DNA of 64,000 nt from the IMG/VR virus record IMGVR_UViG_3300028805_000041, positions 147,224 through 211,223 of that record. The stretch is one strand, 5' to 3'. A model generated the notes under the pieces. The model was not told the DNA's origin and ran no database searches. It worked only from the letters and a program-made list of their open reading frames with translations. Of this stretch, positions 1 to 10,223 are shown in pieces (position 1 is the first letter of the stretch; each line of letters starts with the position of its first letter). The position numbers and the translations under genes were made by a program. This stretch comes from a virus. Lineage: Duplodnaviria; Caudoviricetes.

Positions 1-2
1 GA

Positions 3-434
3 GACGGTGAGTTTAATGTGCTTGATCTTTATGAGGGAAAGGATTTGAAGGTCACAATAACCGCAGTGCTTGACAAGAACACGAACAAGCCAACAAACAA
101 GACAAGTGTAAGTATCGTTGACTATGGAAAGATTAAGCCCATCTCTGAAGACGATGAACTTATAGAGAAGTGGGTTGATGACCCAAAGGTTTGGTCTGAT
201 GTATTTGTACCAAAGACATACGATTACCTCTCTATCCTTAATGAAGGCGGTATTCCTTGGTTTGACAGGAATGCAAACAAGTGGGTGCCAAAGAGTGTTG
301 TAGATGAAGAGGTACAGAAACAAAAGGAAGAGACAAAGGTCAAAGCAGACGAAATGGACAAGGAAATTGAAAAAGCAAAACAGTCAGTTACTACTGTTAT
401 TGTAGAAAATAATGAAGAAGAATTACCTTTTTAA
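3..434 (+). CDS. Single-stranded DNA-binding protein, C-terminal part (5'-truncated)
   Basis: Frame is open to the window edge; acidic C-terminal tip EEELPF is typical of SSBs; lies directly upstream of the recombinase. Confidence 0.6.
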   Translation, partial: DGEFNVLDLYEGKDLKVTITAVLDKNTNKPTNKTSVSIVDYGKIKPISEDDELIEKWVDDPKVWSDVFVPKTYDYLSILNEGGIPWFDRNANKWVPKSVVDEEVQKQKEETKVKADEMDKEIEKAKQSVTTVIVENNEEELPF

Positions 435-437
435 AAA

Positions 438-1619
438 ATGCCAAAACAACCATTAAAAAAGAAAGAAGTAGGGAAGACTTCAATCAGTGCATTTAAGTCA
501 AGTCTCGGACTCGGAGGTAAAGACTCCGGTAATGCAGACAAGAAACTCGAGTGGCTCATAATGCCAAAGGGTTTTCAGGACGCTTTAAAGATTCCCGGAT
601 TACCGCTCGGTTATGTTACCACAATTGTCGGGCACTCAAACGTTGGTAAATCAACACTTGTAAATCATGCGGTCGTTGCTGCACAAAGGCGTGGTGATAT
701 TCCTGTAATTTATGACACGGAGAATAATTTCGACTTCACATATGCAATCAATATGGGTCTTGAAGCAGAACCTGTATATGGTGATATTGAAGTTGAGGTA
801 TTCAATCAGGAAACCAATGAATTTGAGACGAAAATTGAGCGCAGAATAGTAAGTTATGAAGGTGACTTCATCTATTTTAACAATGCACTACTCGCTGAAC
901 GTTACGGTAAGATGGATTATTCAACCGGTAAGGAAACAAAGGCAGCAAGAAAGACAGCCGTAATTGAAGATATTGCTGCAAGTATGAAGGAATTGCTTGA
1001 TGCACAAGACAGGGGCGAAATAGACAGAGGCTTTATGTTTGTATGGGATTCAGTCGGATCAATTGGCTCATTTAAGTCATACAAATCTGCTGTAGGTAAC
1101 AATATGTTTGATGCCGGTGCAATCAGTCAGGCATTTCAGGGTATTGTGAATGACAGAATTCCGCGTTCAAGAAAGGTGACTTCAGAATGCACCAATACAC
1201 TCATTCTTGTCAACAAGGTATGGCTTGATTCAATGACCGCACCAATGGCACAACCATCACTTTCTTTGAAGGGTGGCAATTCAATGTATTACGCTTCGAG
1301 ACTTATCATTCTTCTTGGTGGTACATTGAAGGCTGCAACAAAGAAACTTGTAGCATCATCAAAGGGTGTTAATTACAACTATGGTATTGACACAAAAATC
1401 AAGGTACTCAAGAATCAACTTCCTGCACCTTATACGGTGACATATGAGGGAAATGTCTTGTGTACGGCTCATGGAATGCTTGCACCGGATGAGGCTGATG
1501 ATTACAAGAAGAACTACATTGGTGACATTTTGAAACAGTTGGAGGAAATTTCCAATGGTGAAGTGTCAATTAGTGAGGATGACATTGTATTCTCAACAGA
1601 GGAAAGTGAAGAAGCGTAA
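438..1619 (+). CDS. recA: RecA/UvsX-like recombinase
   Basis: Walker A GHSNVGKST, DTEN, Walker B FVWDSVGS, LKGGNSMYY, KVLKNQL. Confidence 0.9.
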   Translation: MPKQPLKKKEVGKTSISAFKSSLGLGGKDSGNADKKLEWLIMPKGFQDALKIPGLPLGYVTTIVGHSNVGKSTLVNHAVVAAQRRGDIPVIYDTENNFDFTYAINMGLEAEPVYGDIEVEVFNQETNEFETKIERRIVSYEGDFIYFNNALLAERYGKMDYSTGKETKAARKTAVIEDIAASMKELLDAQDRGEIDRGFMFVWDSVGSIGSFKSYKSAVGNNMFDAGAISQAFQGIVNDRIPRSRKVTSECTNTLILVNKVWLDSMTAPMAQPSLSLKGGNSMYYASRLIILLGGTLKAATKKLVASSKGVNYNYGIDTKIKVLKNQLPAPYTVTYEGNVLCTAHGMLAPDEADDYKKNYIGDILKQLEEISNGEVSISEDDIVFSTEESEEA

Positions 1620-1641
1620 CTTAAAATTTCTTTCATTGTGG

Positions 1642-1678
1642 ATAAATGCAGTCAGAAATGGCTGCATTTATTGTTTTT
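1642..1678 (+). terminator. Rho-independent terminator
   Basis: Hairpin ATAAATGCAGTCA-GAAA-TGGCTGCATTTAT followed by a T tract. Confidence 0.85.
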
Positions 1679-1683
1679 GGAAG

Positions 1684-1690
1684 TATTTAT
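1684..1690 (+). promoter_or_regulatory. Putative late promoter (TATTTAT)
   Basis: Motif 28 nt upstream of ATG 1712; same motif and spacing at 7 other genes. Confidence 0.6.
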
Positions 1691-1711
1691 CTAAAAATAT
1701 ACTTTTGATTT

Positions 1712-2608
1712 ATGAAAAGGGTCACACAATCTGAGTTGTCACAAATGATATATGAGGCTATAGGTGAAAGTTTTTTTAATGGAGGTAATGACACCCAAAA
1801 TGATGTTGTGAGTGTTAAAAATACGGAGATGTTCATCAATTACATTAAAGAAATTAATCAAGAACTATATGAATTGTATAATTGGTTGAATGAGATTAAA
1901 AAAACAAAGAATTATGAGAAACCCCATGCATGGGGTAATAAACAAGGGGTCAACGAAAGTATAGTTAAAGAGTGTGTAAGAAGGAGTATTAGAAGATTTT
2001 TGAATGAAAGCGGCGAGATACAACTTGATCCGAATGCCATTGCTAATATGGAGACCATAATAAACAATGCCAAAAGAAATGGTGGTCAAATTAGTCAGAA
2101 AGAACAGGAAAATTTGATGAGAGACCTTCAAATAAATCAGAATTTTAATGATAGGAGCTTTAATTACCAAGAAAACTATAAAAAAAGTCAAATAGAAAAC
2201 AGAATTGGCAAATTGTTGCAGAGTATGGCATCAAAGTATGTCGAAATATATAAAGAATTAAAGAAGTATTCATCTTTAAATGAAAATTTCCTTAAAAATC
2301 TATTTAAGAATGCTTTTAATAATAGTGAATTTGGACGAAATTATAATGCATGGCAGGAAGAAAAAGCAACTAAAGATCTTAGGGATTTAAAGAACCCCAA
2401 AGAAATTATGACACTTCTTAAAAATACGTATGAAAGGGTTTTCAGACCATTATATAATAGTGTGGTAAACGGGGCTTATGATAATGCAATTGCTTTATCA
2501 GAGAAATTGAATAACTGCAACGAACAGATTTTAGAAAAGTTAGGAAAAATTCAAGAAACCGGAAATGAACAGACCCAACAGCAACAAAATGGCAATCAAC
2601 AACAATAA
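1712..2608 (+). CDS. Hypothetical protein, putative internal head protein
   Basis: N-terminal VTQSELSQMIYEAIGES and internal IVKECVRRSIRRFLNES leader-like motifs; own TATTTAT motif. Confidence 0.55.
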   Translation: MKRVTQSELSQMIYEAIGESFFNGGNDTQNDVVSVKNTEMFINYIKEINQELYELYNWLNEIKKTKNYEKPHAWGNKQGVNESIVKECVRRSIRRFLNESGEIQLDPNAIANMETIINNAKRNGGQISQKEQENLMRDLQINQNFNDRSFNYQENYKKSQIENRIGKLLQSMASKYVEIYKELKKYSSLNENFLKNLFKNAFNNSEFGRNYNAWQEEKATKDLRDLKNPKEIMTLLKNTYERVFRPLYNSVVNGAYDNAIALSEKLNNCNEQILEKLGKIQETGNEQTQQQQNGNQQQ

Positions 2609-2650
2609 TTGTTAATTCCTATTGTTGTCAGTCATTGTTTTTGATTTATT

Positions 2651-2660
2651 TGTATATTTG
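2651..2660 (+). promoter_or_regulatory. TGTATATTTG promoter element (Bacteroidota -7 TAnnTTTG type)
   Basis: Identical decamer found upstream of 6 non-structural units. Confidence 0.7.
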
Positions 2661-2681
2661 TAATATACATTTTTTAAAACG

Positions 2682-3875
2682 ATGTCACAACCCGTAAGAA
2701 AACAAATTCAAGAAACATATTCTGATATCATAAAGGAAAAACCAATATACACATTATTGGTTGACGGAAACAGCCTTCTTTTCTCATGCTTTGCTGATGA
2801 TAAGATCAACAGTGAGGGTGTCCATTATGGAGGTGTGTATCAGTTCCTTCTTCAGCTGAGAATGCTTATGCAGAAGAAGGATTTCGATTATATATATGTA
2901 TTTTTTGACAATGAGTATTCCGGGTGGTTAAGATGGGACATCTATAAACCATACAAGCAGAATCGAGACAAGAATTACGAGGATTATGCCCTTTCCGAAT
3001 ATATGAAGGCTTGTAATGCAAAGATAAGATCAATGCAAGACTACTTCTTCAACAAGAACAAGAAGAAAGAAACCCCAAATAAGAAAACAAACAAATGGGA
3101 AGAGTTCATTGATGCCAATTTTGACAGGGAAAGGGACATTCTTTGTAGATACTTCAACGAATTGTTCATAAGATGGTATATTGACGAAATAGTTGAGGGT
3201 GATGACCTGATATCCTATTATTGTCTGAATAAAAAACCGGAGGAAAAGATAGTGATAGTGTCATCTGATATGGATCTTTCACAACTATTGTCTGATGACA
3301 TATGCATCTACAACCAAAAAAAGAAAAAATTCATTACAGATAAGAACTTTAGTGAATACTTTGGATACTATTATGAAAATACTTTGATCAAGAAGATATT
3401 TTGTGGTGATGTAAGTGACAACATTGGAAATATAAAGGGTTTGTCAGAGGAAGGTTTTGCAAAAATGATGCCCGAATACACCACAAAGAAGATAACAGTT
3501 GAAGATGTTAAGGAAAGAGCAAAGAAACTGATTGACGAACGTGTTTCATCAAAGAAAAAACCATTACAAGTTCACGAAAATATAGTTAATGGCGTTTCAA
3601 ACAAGAAATATGATGGGGATTTTTATGACATTAACAAAAAAATCATAGATTTGAAACACCCCCTATTGACCGATGATGCAAAGAATGAGATGGATGCGAT
3701 GATGTATGCACCACAGGACCCCGATGGCAGATCATTTGAGAATTTATATGAAATGATAAACGAGGACGGTATTATCGAACTTATTGGGGCAACAAAATTC
3801 GCAAGTTTCTTCAATTTATACAAGCGCCTAACCGAAAAAGAAATTAAAAGATACAACGAAGAATACGGAAAATAA
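2682..3875 (+). CDS. 5'-3' exonuclease / RNase H (T4 rnh, PolI N-terminal-like)
   Basis: LLVDGNSL, YKQNR, EGDDLI, SSDMDLSQL, GDVSDNIGNIKG motifs. Confidence 0.9.
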   Translation: MSQPVRKQIQETYSDIIKEKPIYTLLVDGNSLLFSCFADDKINSEGVHYGGVYQFLLQLRMLMQKKDFDYIYVFFDNEYSGWLRWDIYKPYKQNRDKNYEDYALSEYMKACNAKIRSMQDYFFNKNKKKETPNKKTNKWEEFIDANFDRERDILCRYFNELFIRWYIDEIVEGDDLISYYCLNKKPEEKIVIVSSDMDLSQLLSDDICIYNQKKKKFITDKNFSEYFGYYYENTLIKKIFCGDVSDNIGNIKGLSEEGFAKMMPEYTTKKITVEDVKERAKKLIDERVSSKKKPLQVHENIVNGVSNKKYDGDFYDINKKIIDLKHPLLTDDAKNEMDAMMYAPQDPDGRSFENLYEMINEDGIIELIGATKFASFFNLYKRLTEKEIKRYNEEYGK

Positions 3876-3883
3876 AAAAATGT

Positions 3884-3893
3884 TGTATATTTG
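3884..3893 (+). promoter_or_regulatory. TGTATATTTG promoter element
   Basis: Exact decamer in the intergenic gap before ORF 3933 and the helicase. Confidence 0.7.
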
Positions 3894-3932
3894 TATTGAA
3901 TTTATTGTTTAACCTTTTAAAAATATTTTTTT

Positions 3933-4757
3933 ATGACTGAAAAAACAGTTAATGAACTTCAGAGCGCAGCAAAAAAGGAGCGTTTTGAATTTGTACTTAC
4001 AATTAACGGCAATATCGTTTGCCAACGTTATTTTAGGATTAATGGTTTCAATAACGAATCACTTCGTTCATTTGAACTTGTTGAAACCATTGACAAATGT
4101 GTGTCCTTGATTGACCGAGACCTTAAGGCTAAGTCGCACATTTATCACGAATGTGCCGCACCACAGGTATTTGACACTATTGACAGTATGAACAGGTGGG
4201 TTGAAAACCCAAGAGAGAGAAAGTTCACTATCAAGGTACCTTCGTTTGTTGTTACGAGAGATAGTGACGACACGTTTGTTTGGAATGGTGTTGGAATGGA
4301 GAAGTATGACAAGTACTTTAATAAGGCTGATTTCCTCCAACCAAGTGATGGTGAGTGTGTTTTAAAGTTCGCATTCCTTGACAGTGGTCATGAGGTCTGC
4401 TCAAAGGTATGGGACGGAGCCGTTTATCCGCGTTTTGTGAGGACTAACATCGATTTGTCCAACTCTAAGAACAAGTATGAGGGTGGCGACCTCTTCGCAC
4501 CATTTGAATCCGGTCTTATTAAGATGTTCAACGAGAGCCAAACCGACTTGATTCCTATTATTGTGAAGGAAATCTGCAACTGTTGTAGTAGTAAGGACGA
4601 ATATGTCACAAGTGACACATACAACACCGTTGTTGACGGCAAGGTTACAGGAACAAAGAAGTACAACTTCGACATTTGGCTTCAAAACTATAAATTCTAC
4701 AAGAAACTCGAAAGGGTATACAAACAGAAAACTGACAAGTACTTTGGTAGGGGTTAA
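3933..4757 (+). CDS. Hypothetical protein in the replication operon
   Basis: 274-aa ORF between exonuclease and helicase; no recognised motif. Confidence 0.7.
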   Translation: MTEKTVNELQSAAKKERFEFVLTINGNIVCQRYFRINGFNNESLRSFELVETIDKCVSLIDRDLKAKSHIYHECAAPQVFDTIDSMNRWVENPRERKFTIKVPSFVVTRDSDDTFVWNGVGMEKYDKYFNKADFLQPSDGECVLKFAFLDSGHEVCSKVWDGAVYPRFVRTNIDLSNSKNKYEGGDLFAPFESGLIKMFNESQTDLIPIIVKEICNCCSSKDEYVTSDTYNTVVDGKVTGTKKYNFDIWLQNYKFYKKLERVYKQKTDKYFGRG

Positions 4758-4769
4758 TTCTTAAAAATT

Positions 4770-6215
4770 ATGACAAAAGCAGTAAAGAAAACACTTGGTT
4801 ATCTTGGTGTAGACTTTCAGTATCGTCTTGTCAATGCATTTTTTGAACGACCCAAGTTCTTCAAGGATTTGTATTCGATAATTGACCAAAATATGTTCAC
4901 TGAAACATATTTGAAGACAATTGTCGGTATAATGAAGGAATATTATGCCAAATATGAGTCGGTTCCGTCATATGATATGCTAAAGATCAAGATAAATGAA
5001 ATAGCATTCAATGATGATGACGCTCAATTCTATAACGAAACCCTCGAAAAACTCAAGGATACCACAACTGAAGGTATTGATGAGGTCGAAGATATGGCTG
5101 AAAAGTTTTTCAAACAACAGAATTGGGTTAGGGTCGCTAACGAGATAATTAAAATCGCAGGTTACGGCGACATGTCCAAATATGATGATTGTCAAAAACT
5201 TATGGAAGATGCAATGTCAGTTGGACGCCACAATGACGATGATATGACATCACCGCTCGATTCTGTAGAGGACGACCTTTCTGAAGAATCACATGTCTCT
5301 ATACCAACAGGTATATCCAAATTGGATGAAACGCTTGGTGGCGGTCTTGATAAAGGCAAACTCGGACTTATAATCGGTCCAAGTGGTTTCGGAAAGACAT
5401 CAATGACAACGGGACTTGCAGCATATGCAGCCACATACGCTTGTGAACAGAATGACTTTAAGGGGTATAAGGTACTTCAGATTGTCTTTGAGGATACGCA
5501 GAGGGATATCCATAGAAAATATTTCTCAAGACTGACACAAATCGAAACCTGTAGAATCAATGAGACCCCCGAGACCACCGCAATGGTTAGGGCAATTCTT
5601 GATACACACCCAGACAGGGATAAAATCAAGAACAATATCAGGATTATGCGTCTTAAATCAGGTGTATTTTCGGCAAGCGATATACGTGGAAAGATTAAAA
5701 AACTCATAAATGAGGGTTTCAAGCCTGATATGGTAATCATTGACTACTTTGAATGTGTCGATGCGGAAAGAGGCACCAAGACACTTACAAAGTGGGAACA
5801 GGAGGCGAAGACAATGCGTTGTTTTGAGAATGATGCGGCAGAATTGGATATTGCACTGTGGATTCCTGTACAAGGAAACAGAGATAGTATTTCAGCAGAA
5901 CTTGTGACTATGGATAAAGCCGGTGGCGCAATCCAAAAAGTACAAATTGCACAGGTCATACTCAGTATCACAAGAAGTGTTGAGGACACCAAGAATCAGA
6001 AAGCAACCCTGTCCGTTTTGAAGAATAGAAGCGGTGCTGCGGGTATAGTGCTGAATGGCATTAAGTTCAACAACGGAACCTGTACTATCAGTTGCGACGA
6101 GGTAATTGAATTTGATGATGCCCTATCTTATGACAATTATGTGGAAGACTTTGAAAATAAGGCAGTTAATGCCGCAAAGAAGTCAATTATCGCAACAATT
6201 AACGGGTCAAAATAA
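4770..6215 (+). CDS. DnaB/gp41-like replicative helicase
   Basis: IPTGISKLD, Walker A GPSGFGKT, IIDYFE, QGNR, KNRSG. Confidence 0.92.
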   Translation: MTKAVKKTLGYLGVDFQYRLVNAFFERPKFFKDLYSIIDQNMFTETYLKTIVGIMKEYYAKYESVPSYDMLKIKINEIAFNDDDAQFYNETLEKLKDTTTEGIDEVEDMAEKFFKQQNWVRVANEIIKIAGYGDMSKYDDCQKLMEDAMSVGRHNDDDMTSPLDSVEDDLSEESHVSIPTGISKLDETLGGGLDKGKLGLIIGPSGFGKTSMTTGLAAYAATYACEQNDFKGYKVLQIVFEDTQRDIHRKYFSRLTQIETCRINETPETTAMVRAILDTHPDRDKIKNNIRIMRLKSGVFSASDIRGKIKKLINEGFKPDMVIIDYFECVDAERGTKTLTKWEQEAKTMRCFENDAAELDIALWIPVQGNRDSISAELVTMDKAGGAIQKVQIAQVILSITRSVEDTKNQKATLSVLKNRSGAAGIVLNGIKFNNGTCTISCDEVIEFDDALSYDNYVEDFENKAVNAAKKSIIATINGSK

Positions 6216-6328
6216 TGTAAGTATAAAGGTATCAGTTTGTTATCTAAAAAGGTAAAAATTTGATGCCTTTTTTATTGAAAATATAAGCTTAGTTAGGTAT
6301 ATATTATTATATAAAAATAATAGAATGT

Positions 6329-8533
6329 ATGATAGTAATTAAGAGAGACAATTCCGAGGAATTATTTCAGGTTGAGAAAATTGAGAGGGTAGTAAAGAAG
6401 GCGTTTGAATCGTGTGGTCTCAGAATGGAATACAGCGTAATTGACTGTATCATTTCGGATTACGACATTGACTCCGACACCTATGTTAAGGCGCAGGAAC
6501 TACAGGATAGGATAGAGAAGTGTCTTATGGATGTAAACAAGGATGCAGCAAGAGCCTACATTGCAAATCACGAACAACAGTACGGTAAGACAAAGGTACT
6601 GAAAAAGGACAATGATTTCATCAATGACTACATAAACGCATCCAACGCATCAACGGGGTCAAAATATGATGCAAATGCAAATGTGGAGAATAAGAATATC
6701 GTCACTCTCGGACAGGAACTTCACAAGGGGAAGAATATTCAGCAGAATAGATATATGATGCAGAATAAATTGAGACAACTGTATTCAAAAAAACTCGCAA
6801 ATCAGTATGTGAAGGACCTTGAAAGCCATATACTGTACAAACACGATGAATCAGGTACACCTGGTTATCCATATTGTGTGGCAATCACTATGTATCCGTT
6901 CCTTATCGATGGTCTAAAGGAACTTGGTGGGCAATCAACCGCACCAACTGATTTAAAGTCGTTTTGTGGTGAATTCATTAACTTAGTTTACTCTGTTTCT
7001 TCACAGTTTATGGGTGCTGTAGCAACCCCGGAGTTCCTTATGTATATGGATTATTTCATTAGAAAGGATTATGGTGAAGACTATTTAAACAAACTTAATG
7101 CGGTTGTTGAAATAAATAGAAAGAACAGGACACTTGAAGAGGTAATTGAAAATTGTTTTCAACAAGTCGTACATTCTATGAATATGCCGGCAGGTAATCG
7201 TGGTTATCAGACCGTCTTTTGGAATATCGGCTATTTTGATGTGAATTATTTCAATGGCGTATTTGGTGAATTCAAGTTCCCTGACGGTACAAAGCCAAAG
7301 TGGGAGACATTGTCTTGGTTACAGAAAAAGTTTATGAAGTGGTTCAATCAGGAGAGGACAAAATACATCCTAACATTCCCTGTAGAGACTATGGCTATGC
7401 TTACAGACGGTCATGACGTTGTCGATAAGGAATATGCTGATTTCACCGCCGAAATGTGGGCTGAAGGTCACTCATTCTTCTGTTATCTCAGTGATTCGCC
7501 CGATAGTCTCTCCAGCTGTTGCCGGTTACGCAACTCATTGAAAGACAGTCAGGATGATGAACACAACCAAACAACACACCAATTCTCTATGGGTACCGCA
7601 TCAGTTGCAACCGGTTCCAAGTCAGTAATGACAATCAACTTAAACAGGCTTGTACAGGATGCAACAAGAAAGTACTATCACGATGTAGAAGGAAGGGATT
7701 TGGAACCTGAGAAGCAAGTTGATGTCGCTTCCGTAAAGGACAAGGTTGAACTTTATAGTATGATTGCTACAGAGTTGGTTAGTGTTGTGGAAAGGGTGCA
7801 TAAGTACCAAAAGGCTTTCAATTCCATTATTAAGGACTTCTTCAATGCAAATATGCTTGATGTTTACAGGGCGGGATTCATTGATCTCAAGAAACAATAT
7901 CTTACTATTGGTGTTAACGGTTTGACTGATGCTGCTGAGTTCCTTTCTATCGAACCAAATCTCAATAAGGATTATGAAGAGTTTGTCAATCTAATTCTCG
8001 AAACAATCAATAAGTCGAATAAGAAGGACAGGACAAGGGATTGTATGTTCAACACTGAATTTGTACCCGGTGAGAATTTGAGTAATAAAAACTATAAGTG
8101 GGACAAATTGGACGGATATTATGTTTCTCCAAAGCATATTATGTACAGTAGTTACTTCTTTAACCCTGAGGATGATAGTCTGTCAATAATCGACAAGATG
8201 AAACTGCACGGAAACAATTTTGTCAAGTACCTTGACGGTGGACAGGCTGCACATCTGAATATCAATGAGCACCTTTCATTTGCCCAATATAGGCAACTCT
8301 TAAAGGTTGCAGCAGAGAATGGGTGTAGTTATTATACATTCAACTGCAAGAACACCGTATGTAATGATTGTGGCTATATAAGTAAGGACACATTGGATAC
8401 CTGTCCGAAGTGTGGAAGTCAGAATCTCGATTACCTGACAAGAATAATTGGGTATCTCAAGAGAGTTTCTTCATTTGCTGAACCAAGACAGATTGAGGAA
8501 GGTATGAGATACTATTCAAAAAGCGAAGAATAA
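6329..8533 (+). CDS. nrdD: Anaerobic ribonucleoside-triphosphate reductase (class III)
   Basis: N-terminal ATP cone VIKRD, SCCRL, CxxC...CPKCGS zinc site, glycyl radical loop RIIGYL. Confidence 0.95.
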   Translation: MIVIKRDNSEELFQVEKIERVVKKAFESCGLRMEYSVIDCIISDYDIDSDTYVKAQELQDRIEKCLMDVNKDAARAYIANHEQQYGKTKVLKKDNDFINDYINASNASTGSKYDANANVENKNIVTLGQELHKGKNIQQNRYMMQNKLRQLYSKKLANQYVKDLESHILYKHDESGTPGYPYCVAITMYPFLIDGLKELGGQSTAPTDLKSFCGEFINLVYSVSSQFMGAVATPEFLMYMDYFIRKDYGEDYLNKLNAVVEINRKNRTLEEVIENCFQQVVHSMNMPAGNRGYQTVFWNIGYFDVNYFNGVFGEFKFPDGTKPKWETLSWLQKKFMKWFNQERTKYILTFPVETMAMLTDGHDVVDKEYADFTAEMWAEGHSFFCYLSDSPDSLSSCCRLRNSLKDSQDDEHNQTTHQFSMGTASVATGSKSVMTINLNRLVQDATRKYYHDVEGRDLEPEKQVDVASVKDKVELYSMIATELVSVVERVHKYQKAFNSIIKDFFNANMLDVYRAGFIDLKKQYLTIGVNGLTDAAEFLSIEPNLNKDYEEFVNLILETINKSNKKDRTRDCMFNTEFVPGENLSNKNYKWDKLDGYYVSPKHIMYSSYFFNPEDDSLSIIDKMKLHGNNFVKYLDGGQAAHLNINEHLSFAQYRQLLKVAAENGCSYYTFNCKNTVCNDCGYISKDTLDTCPKCGSQNLDYLTRIIGYLKRVSSFAEPRQIEEGMRYYSKSEE

Positions 8534-8536
8534 AAA

Positions 8537-8797
8537 ATGAAATTATTAAAATTTTCCGCCCCTTGGTGTGGGCAGTGTAAGGTTCTCTCAAAGAATATGA
8601 AGGGCTTTGATGCCTGTGAGGTTGTTGAATGTGATGTTGAGGATGATGCTAATGAGAGTATTGTTGGCAAATATTCAATTAAAAGTCTACCAACATTGGT
8701 CCTCGTTAATGATGACGGTTCAGAAATAAAGAGATGGAACGGTATTGTTAATGTTAATGACCTTAAGATTGAAATAGAGGGACTTAAAAATGACTAA
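8537..8797 (+). CDS. Thioredoxin
   Basis: FSAPWCGQCK and IKSLPTLV. Confidence 0.9.
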   Translation: MKLLKFSAPWCGQCKVLSKNMKGFDACEVVECDVEDDANESIVGKYSIKSLPTLVLVNDDGSEIKRWNGIVNVNDLKIEIEGLKND

Positions 8798-9248
8798 GTA
8801 CTACAATGCAATGGTGGTTTTTGAGGAGATTCCCGACGAAATCACCCTTGCTATCAATATTACAAACTGTCCTTGCAGATGTCCCGGCTGTCATTCAAAG
8901 TTTTTATGGGGTGACATCGGTGATGAATTGACAAATGAGGAATGTTCTAAACTTGTGGAGAAAAACAAGGGAGTAACGTGTGTTTGTTTTATGGGTGGCG
9001 ATGCTAATCCTGAGGAAATAAATGATTTGGCGGTGTATGTCAAGAACAATTTAGGTCTTAAACCTGCGTGGTATAGTGGGATGGACGAAATGAGTGAAAA
9101 GATAGATGTCAATAATTTTTCATACATCAAAATCGGGCGATATGATGAAAAATACGGACCGCTTAACGTTAAAACGACAAATCAGAAGTTGTATAAGGTT
9201 TCTAATGGAGAATTGAATGACATAACGGAAAGGTTTTGGAAAAGATAG
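8790..9248 (+). CDS. nrdG: Anaerobic RNR activating radical SAM protein
   Basis: CPCRCPGCH (CxxxCxxC), FMGGD, KIGRY...TTNQ. Confidence 0.92.
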   Translation: MTKYYNAMVVFEEIPDEITLAINITNCPCRCPGCHSKFLWGDIGDELTNEECSKLVEKNKGVTCVCFMGGDANPEEINDLAVYVKNNLGLKPAWYSGMDEMSEKIDVNNFSYIKIGRYDEKYGPLNVKTTNQKLYKVSNGELNDITERFWKR

Positions 9249-9250
9249 GG

Positions 9251-9279
9251 AAAGAGGTGCAAAAAACACCTCTTTTTTT
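9251..9279 (+). terminator. Rho-independent terminator
   Basis: AAAGAGGTG-loop-CACCTCTTT followed by a T tract. Confidence 0.85.
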
Positions 9280-9320
9280 GTGTTTATAGGATATTTATAT
9301 ATGATATAACTCAAATTAGA

Positions 9321-9698
9321 ATGTTTGATTACAAACCATATATAAAATCATTGACAAATTTTATGTACAAGAACGGATATACAAAGAAACCGTTCCCAAA
9401 GGTGTGCTTAATCACAAAGAAACAGGATGAAAAAGTGTTCATAAGAACAGCAAATTACAATCCTGACGAACATATTGTGAATTTATATATAGCGGATAGA
9501 CACCCAAAGGATGTTTTGAGGTCATTTGCACATGAGATGATACATCACAAGCAGAATATTGAAGGGAGGCTTGGAGAAGGGAGTTATGAAGGTGAAAGAA
9601 TCGTCGATGATGACAAACTGATGGGTCTTGAGAAGGAAGCGTATTTATATGGCAACATTTCCTTCAGAAAATGGACCGAAACAGTACATAAGGATTGA
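9321..9698 (+). CDS. HExxH zinc metallopeptidase-like protein
   Basis: LRSFAHEMIHHKQ plus a downstream EKEAY; TATTTAT at 9292. Confidence 0.65.
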   Translation: MFDYKPYIKSLTNFMYKNGYTKKPFPKVCLITKKQDEKVFIRTANYNPDEHIVNLYIADRHPKDVLRSFAHEMIHHKQNIEGRLGEGSYEGERIVDDDKLMGLEKEAYLYGNISFRKWTETVHKD

Positions 9699-9726
9699 AA
9701 ACAAGTTTATTTGCTTGTTTTTCATA

Positions 9727-9753
9727 AAAGCAAGTGTTATCGCTTGCTTTTTT
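9727..9753 (+). terminator. Rho-independent terminator
   Basis: AAAGCAAGTG-TTAT-CGCTTGCTTT followed by a T tract. Confidence 0.8.
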
Positions 9754-9825
9754 CTGTTTATAGTGTTATATTTTACATAAGTAAAATAATTGATTTCCGG
9801 TATTTATTGTTATATAAATAGCATT

Positions 9826-10218
9826 ATGGCAGAAACAACTCAATATTATGGTATAAAGTTCCCCTTTACCGACAATAATAACAAGGGGTTCTTTATTGAT
9901 TTGAACGGCAATCCTGAAGACAAGATTGCAAGTGAAATACTCCACACAATCCTGACAACAAAGGGTACGAGGATACGTAGACCTGATTTTGGCACGAGAT
10001 TAATAGATTTTATCTTTGAACCAAGTGACGAACTTACATGGGATAAGGTCGAGGCTGAGGTCAAAAGTGCCGTTCAGAGATTTGTTCCAAAGACGGTGTT
10101 AAACAACATAGAAATTTATGTTGATGAAAATAATGACAGTGCAATCTTTCTTGACCTGGATTATAGCGTAACGAGAGGTTTGCATATCGTAAATAACAGA
10201 ATGGTAGTTAAGTTATAA
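9826..10218 (+). CDS. Baseplate wedge protein gp25/gpW-like
   Basis: YGIKFPF, ILTTKGTRIRRPDFGTRL, FEP; ATG 9826 preferred over TTG 9790; TATTTAT at 9801. Confidence 0.9.
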   Translation: MAETTQYYGIKFPFTDNNNKGFFIDLNGNPEDKIASEILHTILTTKGTRIRRPDFGTRLIDFIFEPSDELTWDKVEAEVKSAVQRFVPKTVLNNIEIYVDENNDSAIFLDLDYSVTRGLHIVNNRMVVKL

Positions 10219-10223
10219 TTTTT

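Noticed and set aside
438-8533. Inteins or introns in RecA, helicase or NrdD
   Set aside because: Lengths are normal and motifs contiguous; no intein termini or homing endonuclease motifs seen
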